A stretch of 64,000 nucleotides of DNA from Octopus bimaculoides (lineage: Eukaryota), in the NCBI RefSeq assembly GCF_001194135.2, contig NC_068981.1, positions 115,385,287-115,449,286 of the forward strand, read 5' to 3'. Under the pieces are notes generated by a model that made no database searches, was not told the origin of the DNA, and saw only the letters and a program-made list of their open reading frames with translations. Each line of letters begins with the position of its first letter. Position 1 is the first letter of the stretch. Below, one piece after another: positions 38,770-53,039 of the stretch. The position numbers were made by a program, and so were the translations under genes.

Positions 38770-40950
38770 ACTAAAAGAATTCGATCACCACTTTTGACCC
38801 AAATCATGCAAAATTCTAGTGTGGTGATTGATAACACCTGCTCAAGTTTTTAACAAACTTGGTGCGCTGTCTTAATGCAATGCAAAAATAGTATATCTGA
38901 AATTTTAGCTTTCTAGTCGAAGTAGTTTCAGGATTATTAGCATTTTAAACTATAATCATAAAGTGGCAGTAGATTCACACTTCAGTATTTCTGCTGGCTA
39001 AATCCTTGAAAATGCAAGAGAGATGTGGAATAAAAGTTTATTCATATATTTTAAAGATTACTGAATTGAGATTGCTCTATGCAAAGGTTCAAAACTAGGC
39101 TATTTTAAGACAGAAGCCACTACACGCATTCGGTAACATACAAGATTAAAAACAATGCACGTTTTTAACTTTATAGGTTTAATTCCAATTTTAAATAACT
39201 GTATAAGAAAAAGGGTGCTGAATGTTAGCAAATTTTTAAACACAACGAAGAATTAATATGTTTTGTTAGATAAAATAAATCGAAGCTGAAGTTTCTCCTT
39301 TTCACAAACATCATAAAGATTTTGAAGGCACTTGATTGCCTGTTCTGCACTCTGATTTGTTCTTGGAATTTCCAGTTTCGATGGTTCTCAACTCTAAAAG
39401 TTTTTTTTACAGAGTTCAATGCTTTTTAATGAACTTGCAGGTTACCACATAACATCTGATAATCATGTACATTGAGCATTTGGTCAGTAAACCCAAAATC
39501 TGCCCCTGCTGTAAGAGATGAATCGACAAACATTGAGAAGCAAAACTCTTTTCTCTGGTAGAAGAATGAACGCTAGTATTGCTCGAGAATTCCATCTTGC
39601 ATTACTTTAGTTGGGTATTTTTTTGAAACTTTATAGTAGGAAATTTGCCGGTTTCTTCAAAGAAACAGAAAGCTCTGGTCAAATGAAATAGAAATTTCCT
39701 GTCTTCTCGCCATCCTGCTGGTTCAGTAATCTTTTCTTCGCCTGGAGTTTTTCGTAATTACTTAGAAGCTCTGGGATGAATGTATATTCAGTGTTAGGAG
39801 ATGACTTTTTTCTCCAAGTTCGTTATCCATTACAACACGAAGAACCAATAAATTGCAGTTCTCTCAAACAATTTTGAGCAAACGGTCTTTGCATCTGAAT
39901 GATAATGCCATTTCTTTTCTCGGTGTTCACACACGTTGTATCGGCGACAATCATTTTTTACATAATTCCATTAATTGTATTCATCTAAAACAGCTGTTAT
40001 TCCTTTCACAACAATATCGGCTTTTACGCTTGGTAATTGGAGTGCTTCTAACTTAACTTCTCTCTGTTCATTCTTTAAAACTAGCACTTGGTATTCTTGG
40101 TCATCAATACGTTTACCATCAAAATGCAATGACCAGTTTTCCAAATGTACTGTTTTGCTTTGTTCATTTTCTTTTTTAGTTTAACAGCTTCTTTGATAGT
40201 CGATCTGTAAATACCACATTGGGAATGAATCTCGACATTGACTCCATTTTGAGATAATTGTCGACAAACTGTTGTTGCTTTTTGGGTTGATAGCTTGGAA
40301 GATATTACTAACTTTGTAGCAGTTCCAGATTTGTTATACTTCCTCCTTGTTTGTGTGGATTCTTCATCTGATTTTTTGGACTCTTGGTATTCACTTTCAG
40401 TCTCTGCTTCAGATGTTGACGATGAAACTGGAATTGCTCTGGTTGAAGTTGGCATTAAGGACAGTTTTCTTCTTTTGGATGGATAGATAGTTTTGGAACT
40501 GGCTGAGTTTCCAGTTCCATACCCAACTTGTCCCTTGCTTTCGATTTGAAGATAATACAACCTTCTATCTTCACTGCACAGCCATTCACCGTTTTCCTTT
40601 GTGATGTCAAAAATTCCTTTCAATGAATCGTATTTTCCTCGTTTTACACATTTATCGCAGATATTCAGCACTTTTTCTACTTTTGCTTATACATTTTGAA
40701 TTGATAAATATGGGAAATTTATTTATTATCTTTTTTTTGCCATAAAAAAGGTACTTTCGAAATTTCCTTTATTCTTTCTTTCCTTCCTTTGATGGTACCT
40801 CCAAGGAACAGGTAGCAACCGACAATTAATTGGTATTCTGTAGTTGTTTTCCAAAGAATGCTTTTCTAGAGGAAGAGGTCATTCTTTTTTCCTATGTGAG
40901 TCTTGAAATTGCACGAGATTCTTCGTCCAAATTTTTTTGTTTCTTCGAGT
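38770..40950 (-). mobile_element. Decayed DNA transposon, probably hAT-related
   Basis: ORF 40081-40671 plus a downstream frame encoding WSLHFDGKRIDDQEYQVLVLK...MIVADTTRVNTEKRNG. These HxDGK and DTTxxN motifs are seen in hAT-like transposase relics. Confidence 0.55.
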
Positions 40951-43702
40951 GNNNNNNNNNNNNNNNNNNNNNNNNNNNNNNNNNNNNNNNNNNNNNNNNN
41001 NNNNNNNNNNNNNNNNNNNNNNNNNNNNNNNNNNNNNNNNNNNNNNNNNNNNNNNNNNNNNNNNNNNNNNNNNNNNNNNNNNNNNNNNNNNNNNNNNNNN
41101 NNNNNNNNNNNNNNNNNNNNNNNNNNNNNNNNNNNNNNNNNNNNNNNNNNNNNNNNNNNNNNNNNNNNNNNNNNNNNNNNNNNNNNNNNNNNNNNNNNNN
41201 NNNNNNNNNNNNNNNNNNNNNNNNNNNNNNNNNNNNNNNNNNNNNNNNNNNNNNNNNNNNNNNNNNNNNNNNNNNNNNNNNNNNNNNTATATATTCGTAC
41301 GCCTGCAGGCATTGGCGGTCATGTTTCTCATTAATAATGTCTTAAGATACATGATATTTCTTGTGACAGGTACCGAAGTAGTTTCCTGATGCCTTCTGCT
41401 GGTTTCTTTACAATTCTACTTGTCTCCTGCTTCTCGAGCTTACGTTTGAGGCGCAACGCCTGTTTATCCATAAGGCGATGACTGAAACAAACAAACGATA
41501 AAAGATATATCGAACTTAGTAAAGTAAGTGAATAAAAAATAAAAACCTGAAATAATGAAACATAAATTATTGACTAGAATTAGCAAATTATTGTGATTAT
41601 AACCAGTCCGAGGAGAATTACTTTCAATACCAAGTCATTTTAATTACAACAACGAAAGTATCAGTGGTATTCTGTTAGAGTATTTCGTTATGGTAATTTT
41701 AGAATATATCTGTTGATATAACATGGTGGTTACCGGACTCCTTTGGGAAATATTAAAAAAAAAAGAAGCAGTTCATCATTAAGATATATTCTCCCGAAAT
41801 TGTGGAGTGAAATAAAGAATTGTGTTGGTTTTGTGGGGTACAAAAATACATCATTGGAAGTGGGAGCAAACTACCTAGATATCTTTTAAATAACAATATA
41901 TCCAGGTTATCTACACTTATAATATTTTGCCTTCAAGCAATAATAATCCAGTAAAGACGGTTGAAAAAACAAATTGGAACTAAATATGTAGAATACTAAT
42001 ACAAGAACAACTTCGTGATTAGAAGGTGGCAGACACAAATGCTGTTGACAGAAATTACAAAATTGAAGAAATTACAGGAAAATACCATATTTTGTAAAAT
42101 TTAGATGATAATGCTCCTTAAATGTGTTCTTATTGAGAAAGATAATAAAATAAAGGCTTCACACCAACAAATTAGCCTAGCTTAGAGTAACATAAATGTT
42201 TCCATGAAGCAGATTACATATAAACTCAAGATGCAATGGTTGCACAATGATACGCATTCTGGGGAAAGCAAATAACTGATCGGATTAATGTCAGTACATG
42301 ACTTGTGATTACTTTTGACGAATTCAGTAATATGAAATGCAAAAGCTGATCTAATATCAAAATACCACTCGGCTTTTTATCCGATACTCGAATGAATCTA
42401 CACCCCAATAATAACTGTTTCGCATATAGACACAAGTCCTAAAATCCGGATGTGAGGATTAGTCGATTAAATTGACTACGGTGCTTGATTTTGTCAATAA
42501 AAGATGAAAGAAGCAGAAGTGGTCTCTTCGGGATTTGAACCCGTAAAAAGCCGAAATGAAAGCCGCGTTTGACATGCACATTTTTGGTAATCTAACAATT
42601 AATAACACTAATGTAAGAATTTCCACCAGACTGCGTAAAATTATGAACCGAGGTAGTGCCAATGTATGGGAGTGTATTAGGTTGGTTTTGGTCTGTAGGG
42701 AATAGTTGTTAGAAGTGAATTTTAAGAAAACGAAAGTTATTTATAGACTTCATGACTTGTTCACTCTGTCAGTGAACGATAACTATTAGCTGGTAATTTT
42801 AACAACATAAACATGTGGCAATTGCCTGGAAAATCATATTTTATGCTCTTCTATTCTATCATCTTATTAATGACACGACTTTTGTGTTAAACAGTGGAAA
42901 GTACACATCCTGTAAATGCAAGAGTATGTGAAGAACAACATTAAATCATCGGATTAATATTGCACCTGTTATATTGACGCTCACACACACTTATATATAT
43001 ATATATATATATNNNNNNNNNNNNNNNNNNNNNNNNNNNNNNNNNNNNNNNNNNNNNNNNNNNNNNNNNNNNNNNNNNNNNNNNNNNNNNNNNNNNNNNN
43101 NNNNNNNNNNNNNNNNNNNNNNNNNNNNNNNNNNNNNNNNNNNNNNNNNNNNNNNNNNNNNNNNNNNNNNNNNNNNNNNNNNNNNNNNNNNNNNNNNNNN
43201 NNNNNNNNNNNNNNNNNNNNNNNNNNNNNNNNNNNNNNNNNNNNNNNNNNNNNNNNNNNNNNNNNNNNNNNNNNNNNNNNNNNNNNNNNNNNNNNNNNNN
43301 NNNNNNNNNNNNNNNNNNNNNNNNNNNNNNNNNNNNNNNNNNNNNNNNNNNNNNNNNNNNNNNNNNNNNNNNNNNNNNNNNNNNNNNNNNNNNNNNNNNN
43401 NNNNNNNNNNNNNNNNNNNNNNNNNNNNNNNNNNNNNNNNNNNNNNNNNNNNNNNNNNNNNNNNNNNNNNNNNNNNNNNNNNNNNNNNNNNNNNNNNNNN
43501 NNNNNNNNNNNNNNNNNNNNNNNNNNNNNNNNNNNNNNNNNNNNNNNNNNNNNNNNNNNNNNNNNNNNNNNNNNNNNNNNNNNNNNNNNNNNNNNNNNNN
43601 NNNNNNNNNNNNNNNNNNNNNNNNNNNNNNNNNNNNNNNNNNNNNNNNNNNNNNNNNNNNNNNNNNNNNNNNNNNNNNNNNNATATATATATATACATAC
43701 AT

Positions 43703-43752
<50 letters not shown>

Positions 43753-43755
43753 GCA

Positions 43756-43786
<31 letters not shown>

Positions 43787-46029
43787 ATTATTAGCATTTT
43801 AAACTATAATCACTGGCTCTGCTGCAGCCTATTATTTGCAATTAGTTCACGTATGTAGAGTCTCTAATAGCGTAAATTGTAGTATATACTTTCTTCGATG
43901 AACATTTATCATTGCGATCGGTGAGAGCCGATCACAATTTTTATATGGAGAATAGGTATTCACATCTGAAGAGATGTGACTTCAATTGTGAGTGAGCAAA
44001 TGAAAAATAAATACATCTCTCTCACTAACTACAATTGCGACTTTTGTACAGTCAGACTTATCAGAAATTTGTTTTCCTATGTAAATGATCAGTGGTCTCC
44101 TTTTAGAAAATGACGTTGACACTCTTCATATTAGCAAAAGTTTTGACCTTATTTGCTTTCACAAACGCTGTGGCTTTCATTAGGCTCGCATCTTTTGTAT
44201 CGAGAATATTTTGCCAGATTGCTCTTTCGCAATGTGTGCTGATGAAATTCTCTCCAGCCTGGATTCTTTCAGCTATAATATATCTCTAGGCTCGGTTATA
44301 TGTCCACTTTCCTTGAGACCCAGCAAGTAAAAAGTAATCAAAATGATAAAATAGTAAGTTGATCAAGTTTTTCCTTCGTCGTATATATGACATCCTAGCC
44401 GTAACGTATAAACTTCTATCATTCACCCGCTAAAGATATTTAAATAACTCGGGCAAAAGTGCTATTTCATCCTTAAAATGATCTTTAGCAAATAGAATTA
44501 TTTAAAATGGTCTGGAACGAAGGAGATCCTATTTCGCAAAAGCATTAATAAATAAAATAAAATAAAAATAACGACGGGCATTGAGGATATATTCTATAAT
44601 ATCATTTGCTTGACAGAAAACTGTATTTATGAGAAACAGAATCTCATAGAACTGACGATGGAAGTATAGAATATAGTTTAATGTATTACGCGCGCGCGCG
44701 CGTTGGTGGTGTCTGTTTATGATAACGTTATCTAATATATCGTTTATTTATGAAGGTAGTACGCTATTGGCAAGAAATTGGTCTGCTCCTTCTATCAGAT
44801 AGAAATACTGTGTAGAGGACTCGTCCGATTAGTCATATCATAGACATCTTGTATTTATTGCAGTAATTCTGTCTTGATATTCAAGACCTGAAAAATTGAA
44901 TCCCAATCGAAAAACTTGAAAGTTCGAACACAGTTGGTGTAACTAGGACAAACTGAACAACATTTTGCTGAACAATCATATTAAAGGAGGTCAATGGAAG
45001 AACATTTGATATAAATATTTGAAATATTCTTCCAATTTAAGAACGTAAAATTGACGTAACAATTCATCTAAAGCAGGACTATATTTGCCGTGTCAATATA
45101 TAACATAACTTCTTTTTTTTTTCTATTTGTGTAGGAGGCAAAATCATTTTAGTGGTGATAAAAATATGTGAAAATTTACTTTTCGCAATTAGACACACTA
45201 TCTTGGAAACTACAAAACTAATTATTCTGTCGACAGCTGTTGGTAGCATGCCATCAGCCTTTCAATTTAAGGGATATTTGCTATGCTGCAAATAGAAATA
45301 AGCGTATAAAAATATATTGGACTTTCCCTTGTTATGCTACGTTATAAAACTGTCATGTAGAGCCATCGACTTAACTTGATTTTCAACAATCAACATTTAG
45401 ACGCATATACTGGGGTGAAGTATTGAAAATGAAGGTTTTTTCTTTTTAAAGATTTCGATTTCTTTTAATAGTCCTTTTAATAGATTTATATTTGACGTTG
45501 TATTTGCATGTATTTATAATTTTATATTAGATGTAATATTTAGGATCAGTGCCAGATTAGGGATGTTATTCTTCGTAGCACTTTATTTATAGATTTCATA
45601 TTTATGTTCCAAATTAAACAATCCTATTTCTGAAATTATTAAGCGCAATGAAACATCGCAAACGGAAATGTTAGTTTTTTTTTCTTTTTTTTCACGCTCT
45701 GTTATCTTCCATTATTTTAGGGTGTGTTATTAGTAATTGGGGATTGGCTGTAAAGAGATAATAGAGAGAAGGGTTTAAGCAAACATTCGAAAGAGTGTGT
45801 AAGTGGCGAGTGTAACATAGCAGTTTTGAACTCAAATTAAGTAGTGTGTGTGTGTGTATGTGTGTGTGTGTGCGCGCATGTTTGTGTATGTATGTGTGTT
45901 TGGAAGAGAATGTGATCCAGTGGTATGAGAAGCGACGGGTACAGTCTTAAGCATGAATATATGAAGGTATATTTATGCATAATTGCATATGTTCGTAAAA
46001 GCAGCTTAAATTTTCTGAGTGCGCGCGGC

Positions 46030-46080
<51 letters not shown>

Positions 46081-46436
46081 ATAATCTTAATCTAAGGACT
46101 AAGAAGACAGCTATTCAATGAATCATAGTTCATTTTTATTTGACTCTTAAATGCAGCACCTGAATAGGCGTTCAAAGTTACTCGACTCTCAGCAAGATAG
46201 CCTTATATTATAAATGCTAGATATTGGATCATTAAATTCGGTGATGAAAAAATGCAATTGGGAAAAGTAACAAAAAAAAAATAATACCTTAATCTTATTA
46301 TATCTTATATTTAAATTAATTACAATTCTATATAGTTCACGTGAGTGACCATTTGGACTTCACATCTCATAACATATCCACATTTGGTAAAGTATTTCAA
46401 CAGTTTGACTTGGGACTAAAGAAAATGAATAAAATT

Positions 46437-46824
46437 TTAGCCATTAAACTGCGGTCATGCTGGGAAACCACCTTGAAGAAGTTTTAATCGGATGAATTCA
46501 CCCCAGTGCTTATTTAAAAAAAATCTGGTACTTATACTACTGGTCTCTTTTGCCGAACCTCTAAGTTACAAGGACGTAAACTTACCAGCAGCGGTTGTCA
46601 AGCAGTGGTAGTGGGGGAAAAAAACAGACATTAAGGCACACATAAACACACACACTCACATATATATGGGCTTTTTTCAGTTTCCGTCTACCAAATCCGC
46701 TCACGAGGCTTTATTCGGCCCGCGGTTATAGAAGAAGACACTTGCCCAAGGTGCCACGCAGTGGGACTGAACCCGGAATCATGTGAATGCGAAGCAAGCT
46801 TCTTACCACACAGCCACACCTGTC
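46437..46824 (-). mobile_element. SINE family A, full length
   Basis: tRNA-like head GTGGCTGTGTGGTAAG...CCGGGTTCAGTCCC, then CORE-like GGCACCTTGGGCAAGT, a central microsatellite and the 3' half. Confidence 0.85.
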
Positions 46825-47789
46825 TAAATTTTTTAATTTGATATTTTTCACTCTGTACTTTCCTTCCTTAAATAATGAAATATTCTGTGAGAAATAAAGG
46901 AAGTACTATTATGATCTTTATTATTTATGATTTAAGAAATGCATGAAGAACTTCCTCTCTTATAATAAAAACGAATTATATAAGCCTGAGAAACGGGCAT
47001 AAAAATGTTTAAAGTCAACAGATACTGTTAGAATCCATTATCGATATTTACATATCTTACCTAGCACAGTGATTTTTTGTGTCATTCCAGATGTATCAAT
47101 TACAAACAAGATAACAGTCACATTTCTTAACTGTGATAACCAAGACAAGTGATTCACAGCATTATATCCATTTGATATTACCTGTATCAATCATCACTAT
47201 TGTCATTTTTGTTGCAGGAAATGATATCAAGTTTATTATTTGTTACATAGTGGCCTAACATTTTTAATTTTGAAGACGGTTTGAGGTTTATATGAATCCC
47301 ACATATTTTGTTTTATCTTGAAGAAATTTTATAGGGGTTTCTACTGCACCACGAGATACACCTCTGTTTTCCTGTCGTATTGTCTTTTGGAGATTTAGAA
47401 TATAAAATTGTGTTTGTATACTAGATCATGTTTATTTTGGTGAGAGGGGTGTGAGATTTCTTACTGTTAACAGTTTTATTTTAGCTTTTCGCTTATTTGT
47501 TTTGGAGGGTATGTACAATCAATGTGAAGCTGTGTTATTTTGTTGGGTGGTGTTTGGGTCTCGTTTATGCTCTTTGAGTTTATGTATTATATTATTAGCT
47601 GGTGATTGTGAAGAGTATGTGAGAGTATAGGTCATGATATTTTGATGGATGCCGATTGTTTAGATATGTGTTGAATGAATCGTGTTATATGAATGGGTGG
47701 AAGAAAATGTGTAGAATGTGAGTTGTTGGTGTTATAGTATCGGGTGACCATTATGTAAAAATATATGCAGTGTTATTTTATTGGGGACG

Positions 47790-48760
47790 GTTGTTAAATT
47801 ATGGGTGTGTGTGCACTGGGCGTGTAGTGTTTGGGCTGTCTGTTCTTTGTACAAAGCTTGATAAGTTTTCGTATATGATGGTGATGGCGTTAATAATTTC
47901 GCCTGGGATATTGTAGTTCAACAGGATATGTAACACGGCCCATCTGTTGACACTAACATATGCCTTGAAGAAATCCACGAATACAAGTGATTCATTTTGC
48001 TTGTAAATTCTGAGTTCTTTTATTATTCTTCTAAAAGTAAGGATTGGTGGTTGTTTTGATTTGGCTTTGTGGAAGTCGTTTTGGTTCCGTCGTAGGATGG
48101 AATTACTATGAAGGAAAATTCTTACCAAGATGATGTAGTTGCCGATTTCTGCAACTATATCACAGGTGACTGTGTTTTAATTCTGAGGCATTTATTCTAC
48201 TTTAGAAGTGGAATAGTTGATGACTATTTATTTTATAGATGCCGTTACAGAAGTACAACAGCTGTGTGTGAAAAAGATGCATGTTATCTAAAATTGTGTC
48301 TGGATTGTTTTAATTTTTTTATGCCTTTTTTAAACCTCTTCTATGATAAGCAGACCCGTCCCGATCGGTAGGCTTTCTGTTACTCAAATCTAGTGTTGTA
48401 TAGCTCTAAACGTGCTGACAGAAAAGGAGACATCACAATGCACAAATGCGACTGTACCATCTTTGTCTGCATATAGGATTGCAACTTTTGTGAATATTTA
48501 GGAACATTCCTTCATTTTATAGGGAATCAAAAGTGATCGGGGACTCTAGCTTTAGTGTTGTTGCGTTGTGAATTCATATTGTCAACATGCTGATAGCCTA
48601 CCAAGGGTGCAACGTTTTGAGCAACACTTTTCTGTTTGGGCTGGTACCTTAACCTTTGATGTCCATAATCTAATCCGCAAGGTAGAAATTCCTTCTCTGT
48701 TTGGGTGTTGTCTAATAGCTTTTACCTTCCTAGTTCCTCCAGCAAGGCAATAGGCACTAT
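47790..48760 (-). mobile_element. Decayed RTE-like LINE (RT region)
   Basis: LVFVDFFKAYVSVNRWAVLHILLNYNIPGEIINAITIIYEN corresponds to the non-LTR RT motif FVDFxKAFDSVxR. Confidence 0.75.
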
Positions 48761-49239
48761 TTGATCACAGCTAGTTACCGGTTACTGCCAAATTCAGAAA
48801 TCTGTACTGAGTTGAAGTGGCTTAGTGATTTAGTAATTCGGCTTACTCGATTCTTCTTGTAGGTGCAATTGTTGCAGCTCAGAATAGACAAATGTGTAGT
48901 GTCACTTCATTCTTCTTAAAACCTAGGCCCTAACAACAGATGTTTAAAGTTATATTGAGAAATTATGTAGTAAGTGCCTTTGGGAAACATATGACCAGTG
49001 CACTTCCGAACCCATGTTCAAAAGTATATTTTCTGATTAACGAGAAGTAGAAACAGAAACTATGGTTAAGATTTCTTTTTTTATGATATGTGCTCATTTC
49101 GGGCCGTAATTAACTTTCGTTCGCTTCAGTTGTATTTTCGAAAAATTAGCTACCAGACTTCAACGTTTTATAAAATCAAACATTTGTTGCTCTGCACCAG
49201 TGTAACTTATCATAATCTAATATAAATTCTTTCTACTAT

Positions 49240-49442
49240 AGGAACAAGGGCTGAACTCTTGTGGGAGGGGGCGAGTCGATTATATCGACCCCAGTGCTCA
49301 ACTGGTATTTATTTTATCGACTCTGAAAGGTTGAAAAGCAAAGTCCACCTCGTCGGAGCTTGAGCTCAGAACACAAAGACTGACGAAATGCTGCTACACA
49401 TTTTGTCCGGCGTGCTAACGATTCTACTCGTTCACCGCCTCA
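49240..49442 (-). mobile_element. SINE family B
   Basis: Collinear with the 17876 and 57548 copies. Confidence 0.8.
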
Positions 49443-50409
49443 TCATCTAATAATAATAACAATGATTTATTATTCTTGTACAGGGATGAGTGAATAAGAC
49501 CTCCATTATAACCACTACTACCACCAAAATTGCGGTGCCGTCATCGTCGTCATCGTCGTCGTCGTCATCATCATTCTTTGTCGTTAAATGCGTCTGCAAA
49601 CATGTAATTTAGCTTTTTTGAACTATAGAAATAATAGGTACTGTAATAAAAGGAAGAAAGAAAACAAATGAGATAAAAGATCACCTGTAATTCCTTTACT
49701 ATTTAACGGATCGGCACATTTGTTTTGCTTTATTTGATGTAAGATTACACTTCAGCAATCAAACGTGTTATATTTTAATCTTTCGAGCAAAAAAAAGAAG
49801 AAAAAAAGTGACTGAATCAAATTCCATTAAATAACAGAATATATTTAGATCATTATGTGCGTATGAAAATGTGTATTATTCATCTATTTCTTTTTTATTG
49901 CCTTTGTAAATGAATAAATATAAAATGTAAAAAGATATATTTTGAAGTTTGCGAAATAATGTACGTAACCATGTTACGCTCAAACGCACACATTCACAAA
50001 CACAAATTTACATGGATGAAAGCATCTACAAAATGATATCTAAAATAACAACAACAATATAAATAAGATTAATTTCTTTATTTGTGACGACGGTGATATT
50101 TAAATTTATTCAAGAAGATAAAATATTTAGTGTGTAGCTTGAAATATCAATCTGCAAAATACATAATAAAAAAATTCAAAATGTAAAGTTATGCCGGCGT
50201 ATAATATAATCATCCATTCATAATTATACATATATTCTCACGTATATAAACTCGTATATACACATCATGCATATGCGGATGTTGGAACACATGACGTATA
50301 TTCACGTACATAGCACACACGCGCACACACACACACACACACATACACACACACACGTACAAGAGCTAAACTGCCACGGTTATCTCAAAAGATGGGATTG
50401 GTGGCATTT

Positions 50410-51830
50410 TAGGGTCTTTGTTCAGAGAAAAAGGGGAAAAAGGAATTGATGACCATCTATCATACCACCACACTCCTGGAAGTTGTGGTAAAGTGCTTAT
50501 TAGACTTTTGTTGAACAGGCCGAAGGAAATTATCAGTCCTATAATCATTCCTGAAATATAAAGTCGCTTTTGATGAGGTACAGGTAAAATCAACATGATA
50601 GTCTCTGCTAGACAGATACAAGTGAAATACACTGAACACCAGGCACCTGAAGTTTTTGTTGATGCAACAAAAGCTTTTTATATAGTTGAAAGAAATGCAC
50701 TGTAGACAATCTTTGGAAAGATCGGATGCCCCCCACTCTTTGTCGGTATGTTTATGCATTTGCACCGAGACATGAAAGCTCAAGTCGTCTTTTAATGGAA
50801 AATTTTCTTACAAAGTTCCGATTGACAATGAAGGCAATATTCCTGTTCCCATACTCCTTTCGATATTCTTTTCTATTCTGCTTACACATGCTTTCTACGA
50901 CCGTGATATGGGCGTCCTCTTACTGTACGAGTATCCAATTTGGGAAAGCTCAACTTGGAGTCGGAAACACTTGAAACTTTCGTCAAGGAACTCCTTTATG
51001 CAGATGATGTTGACTTCCTAGCTTTCTCTGCTGACGACACACAACGCACTATGAACCTTCTTGCTGATTTATTTACGGCCTGTAATCTTAGAATTAAGCC
51101 GAAAATGAGCATCGTAATGTTCACACCTGCATCAGGCGAAATGTAAGTCGAGCTAGACATCGTAGTATACGATACAAAATTGGGTGTTGTTAACATTTTT
51201 GTTTACCTGGGCAGCATGTTGTCAGGGGATGTAGAAATACATCTGCGCATTCAGGAAGTATCTGTAATATTTGGGAAGCTTGAAAAGAGAGACTGGGAAA
51301 ATAGTAGCATGACCAGGATCAGACGGCTCTAGTGTACTCTTCTGAAACCTGGACAGTACATGATGGAGTACTTTAATCAGAAGTGTTTGAGACGCATAGT
51401 CAACATCAAATATCAAAATAAAACAACTGACACAGAAAACCTTGTAAAAATAGGAAGCAGAAGTATCTAGTTACTCATCATATCAACTCAGACACATTGG
51501 ACTGGTATGGTGTACGTATGGAAGATAATATGATTCCAAAGCAACTGTTCTGCGATTAACTGTGCACAGGAATGTGCCCTCAGCACAATCCGAAAAAGGA
51601 ACAAAGACAGCATACGAGGCAACCTGAAGGAATTGCGAATCGATGTAAATTTCTGGGAAGAGTTAATTTTGGAAAGAACTGAACATATATATGAAGGTTG
51701 TAAAACTTTCGAAGATGATCGCCTTGTGCACGAACGGCTTTGGCTTCCGATGAGCTGTCATGAGAACCTCAATGTGTGGCAGTGTACTCCTCTCTAAGGC
51801 TGGGAGTCACAACCATTTGAAGCTCCATGA
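50410..51830 (+). mobile_element. Decayed RTE-BovB-like LINE (RT and C-terminal region)
   Basis: Frameshifted ARQIQ..FVD.TKAF, KIGCP and ELLYADDV motifs, a FVYLGS motif at ~51200, and a C-terminal CPQHNPKK..D segment. Confidence 0.8.
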
Positions 51831-52502
51831 AAAGTCAACTCTATCACACGGCCTTCCTTCTAAGCCGGGTAATTAGACGCGTACAATTTATGAAAAGCTT
51901 GCAAGTCGATTTCGGGTTTGAAGAAACATATGGCGATCCACTGATATCGTATCTCACAAAGTGACCCGATCAATCCCGTGTAAGTCACAACTATCGTCTG
52001 TCACCTATGCTTCAAACAGTGCACATCTGCAGCCGTATTCAATAGTTATCTGAGAGGTTACAAACAGAAGGCCAGAAATGCCATTGATAACGGAGAGGCT
52101 CAGGCAGGCAGCAATAATCTGTGAAGATGAAGCAATCACTATATATATATATATATATATNNNNNNNNNNNNNNNNNNNNNNNNNNNNNNNNNNNNNNNN
52201 NNNNNNNNNNNNNNNNNNNNNNNNNNNNNNNNNNNNNNNNNNNNNNNNNNNNNNNNNNNNNNNNNNNNNNNNNNNNNNNNNNNNNNNNNNNNNNNNNNNN
52301 NNNNNNNNNNNNNNNNNNNNNNNNNNNNNNNNNNNNNNNNNNNNNNNNNNNNNNNNNNNNNNNNNNNNNNNNNNNNNNNNNNNNNNNNNNNNNNNNNNNN
52401 NNNNNNNNNNNNNNNNNNNNNNNNNNNNNNNNNNNNNNNNNNNNNNNNNNNNNNNNNNNNNNNNNNNNNNNNNNNNNNNNNNNNNNNNNNNNNNNNNNNN
52501 NN

Positions 52503-52541
<39 letters not shown>

Positions 52542-52640
52542 ATCAGCATGGCCGCAGCTCTGAGCTGAAACTTTGAAATGAAATATATATATGTATGTAT
52601 ATATGTGTATATATATATGTATATATGTGTGTATATATAT

Positions 52641-52974
52641 TCTTTTATTCTTTTACTTGTTTCAGTCATATGACTGCAGTCAGGCTAGAGCATCAACTTT
52701 AGTCGTGAAAATCGACCCCTAGTACTTATTCTATCGGTCGCTTTTTGCCGAACCATTAAGTTACGGGGATGTAAACACATCAGCATCGGATGTCAAGTGA
52801 TGTGGGGGGTGGACAAACACAGACACACAAATACATACATATATATATACATACATACATATATACGACGGACTTCTTTCAGTTTCCGTCTACCAAATCT
52901 ATTCACACAGTGGGACAAACCTGGACCATGTGGTTGGTAAGCAAGCTACTTACCACACAGCCACTTCTGCGCCT
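52641..52974 (-). mobile_element. SINE family A with an internal deletion
   Basis: Head and 3' half are present; the CORE-like segment is largely missing. Confidence 0.8.
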
Positions 52975-53039
52975 AAATTATATATATAATTATATTATAT
53001 ATATATAATTACTACGAAGCATTGTGTCGAATACATTGT

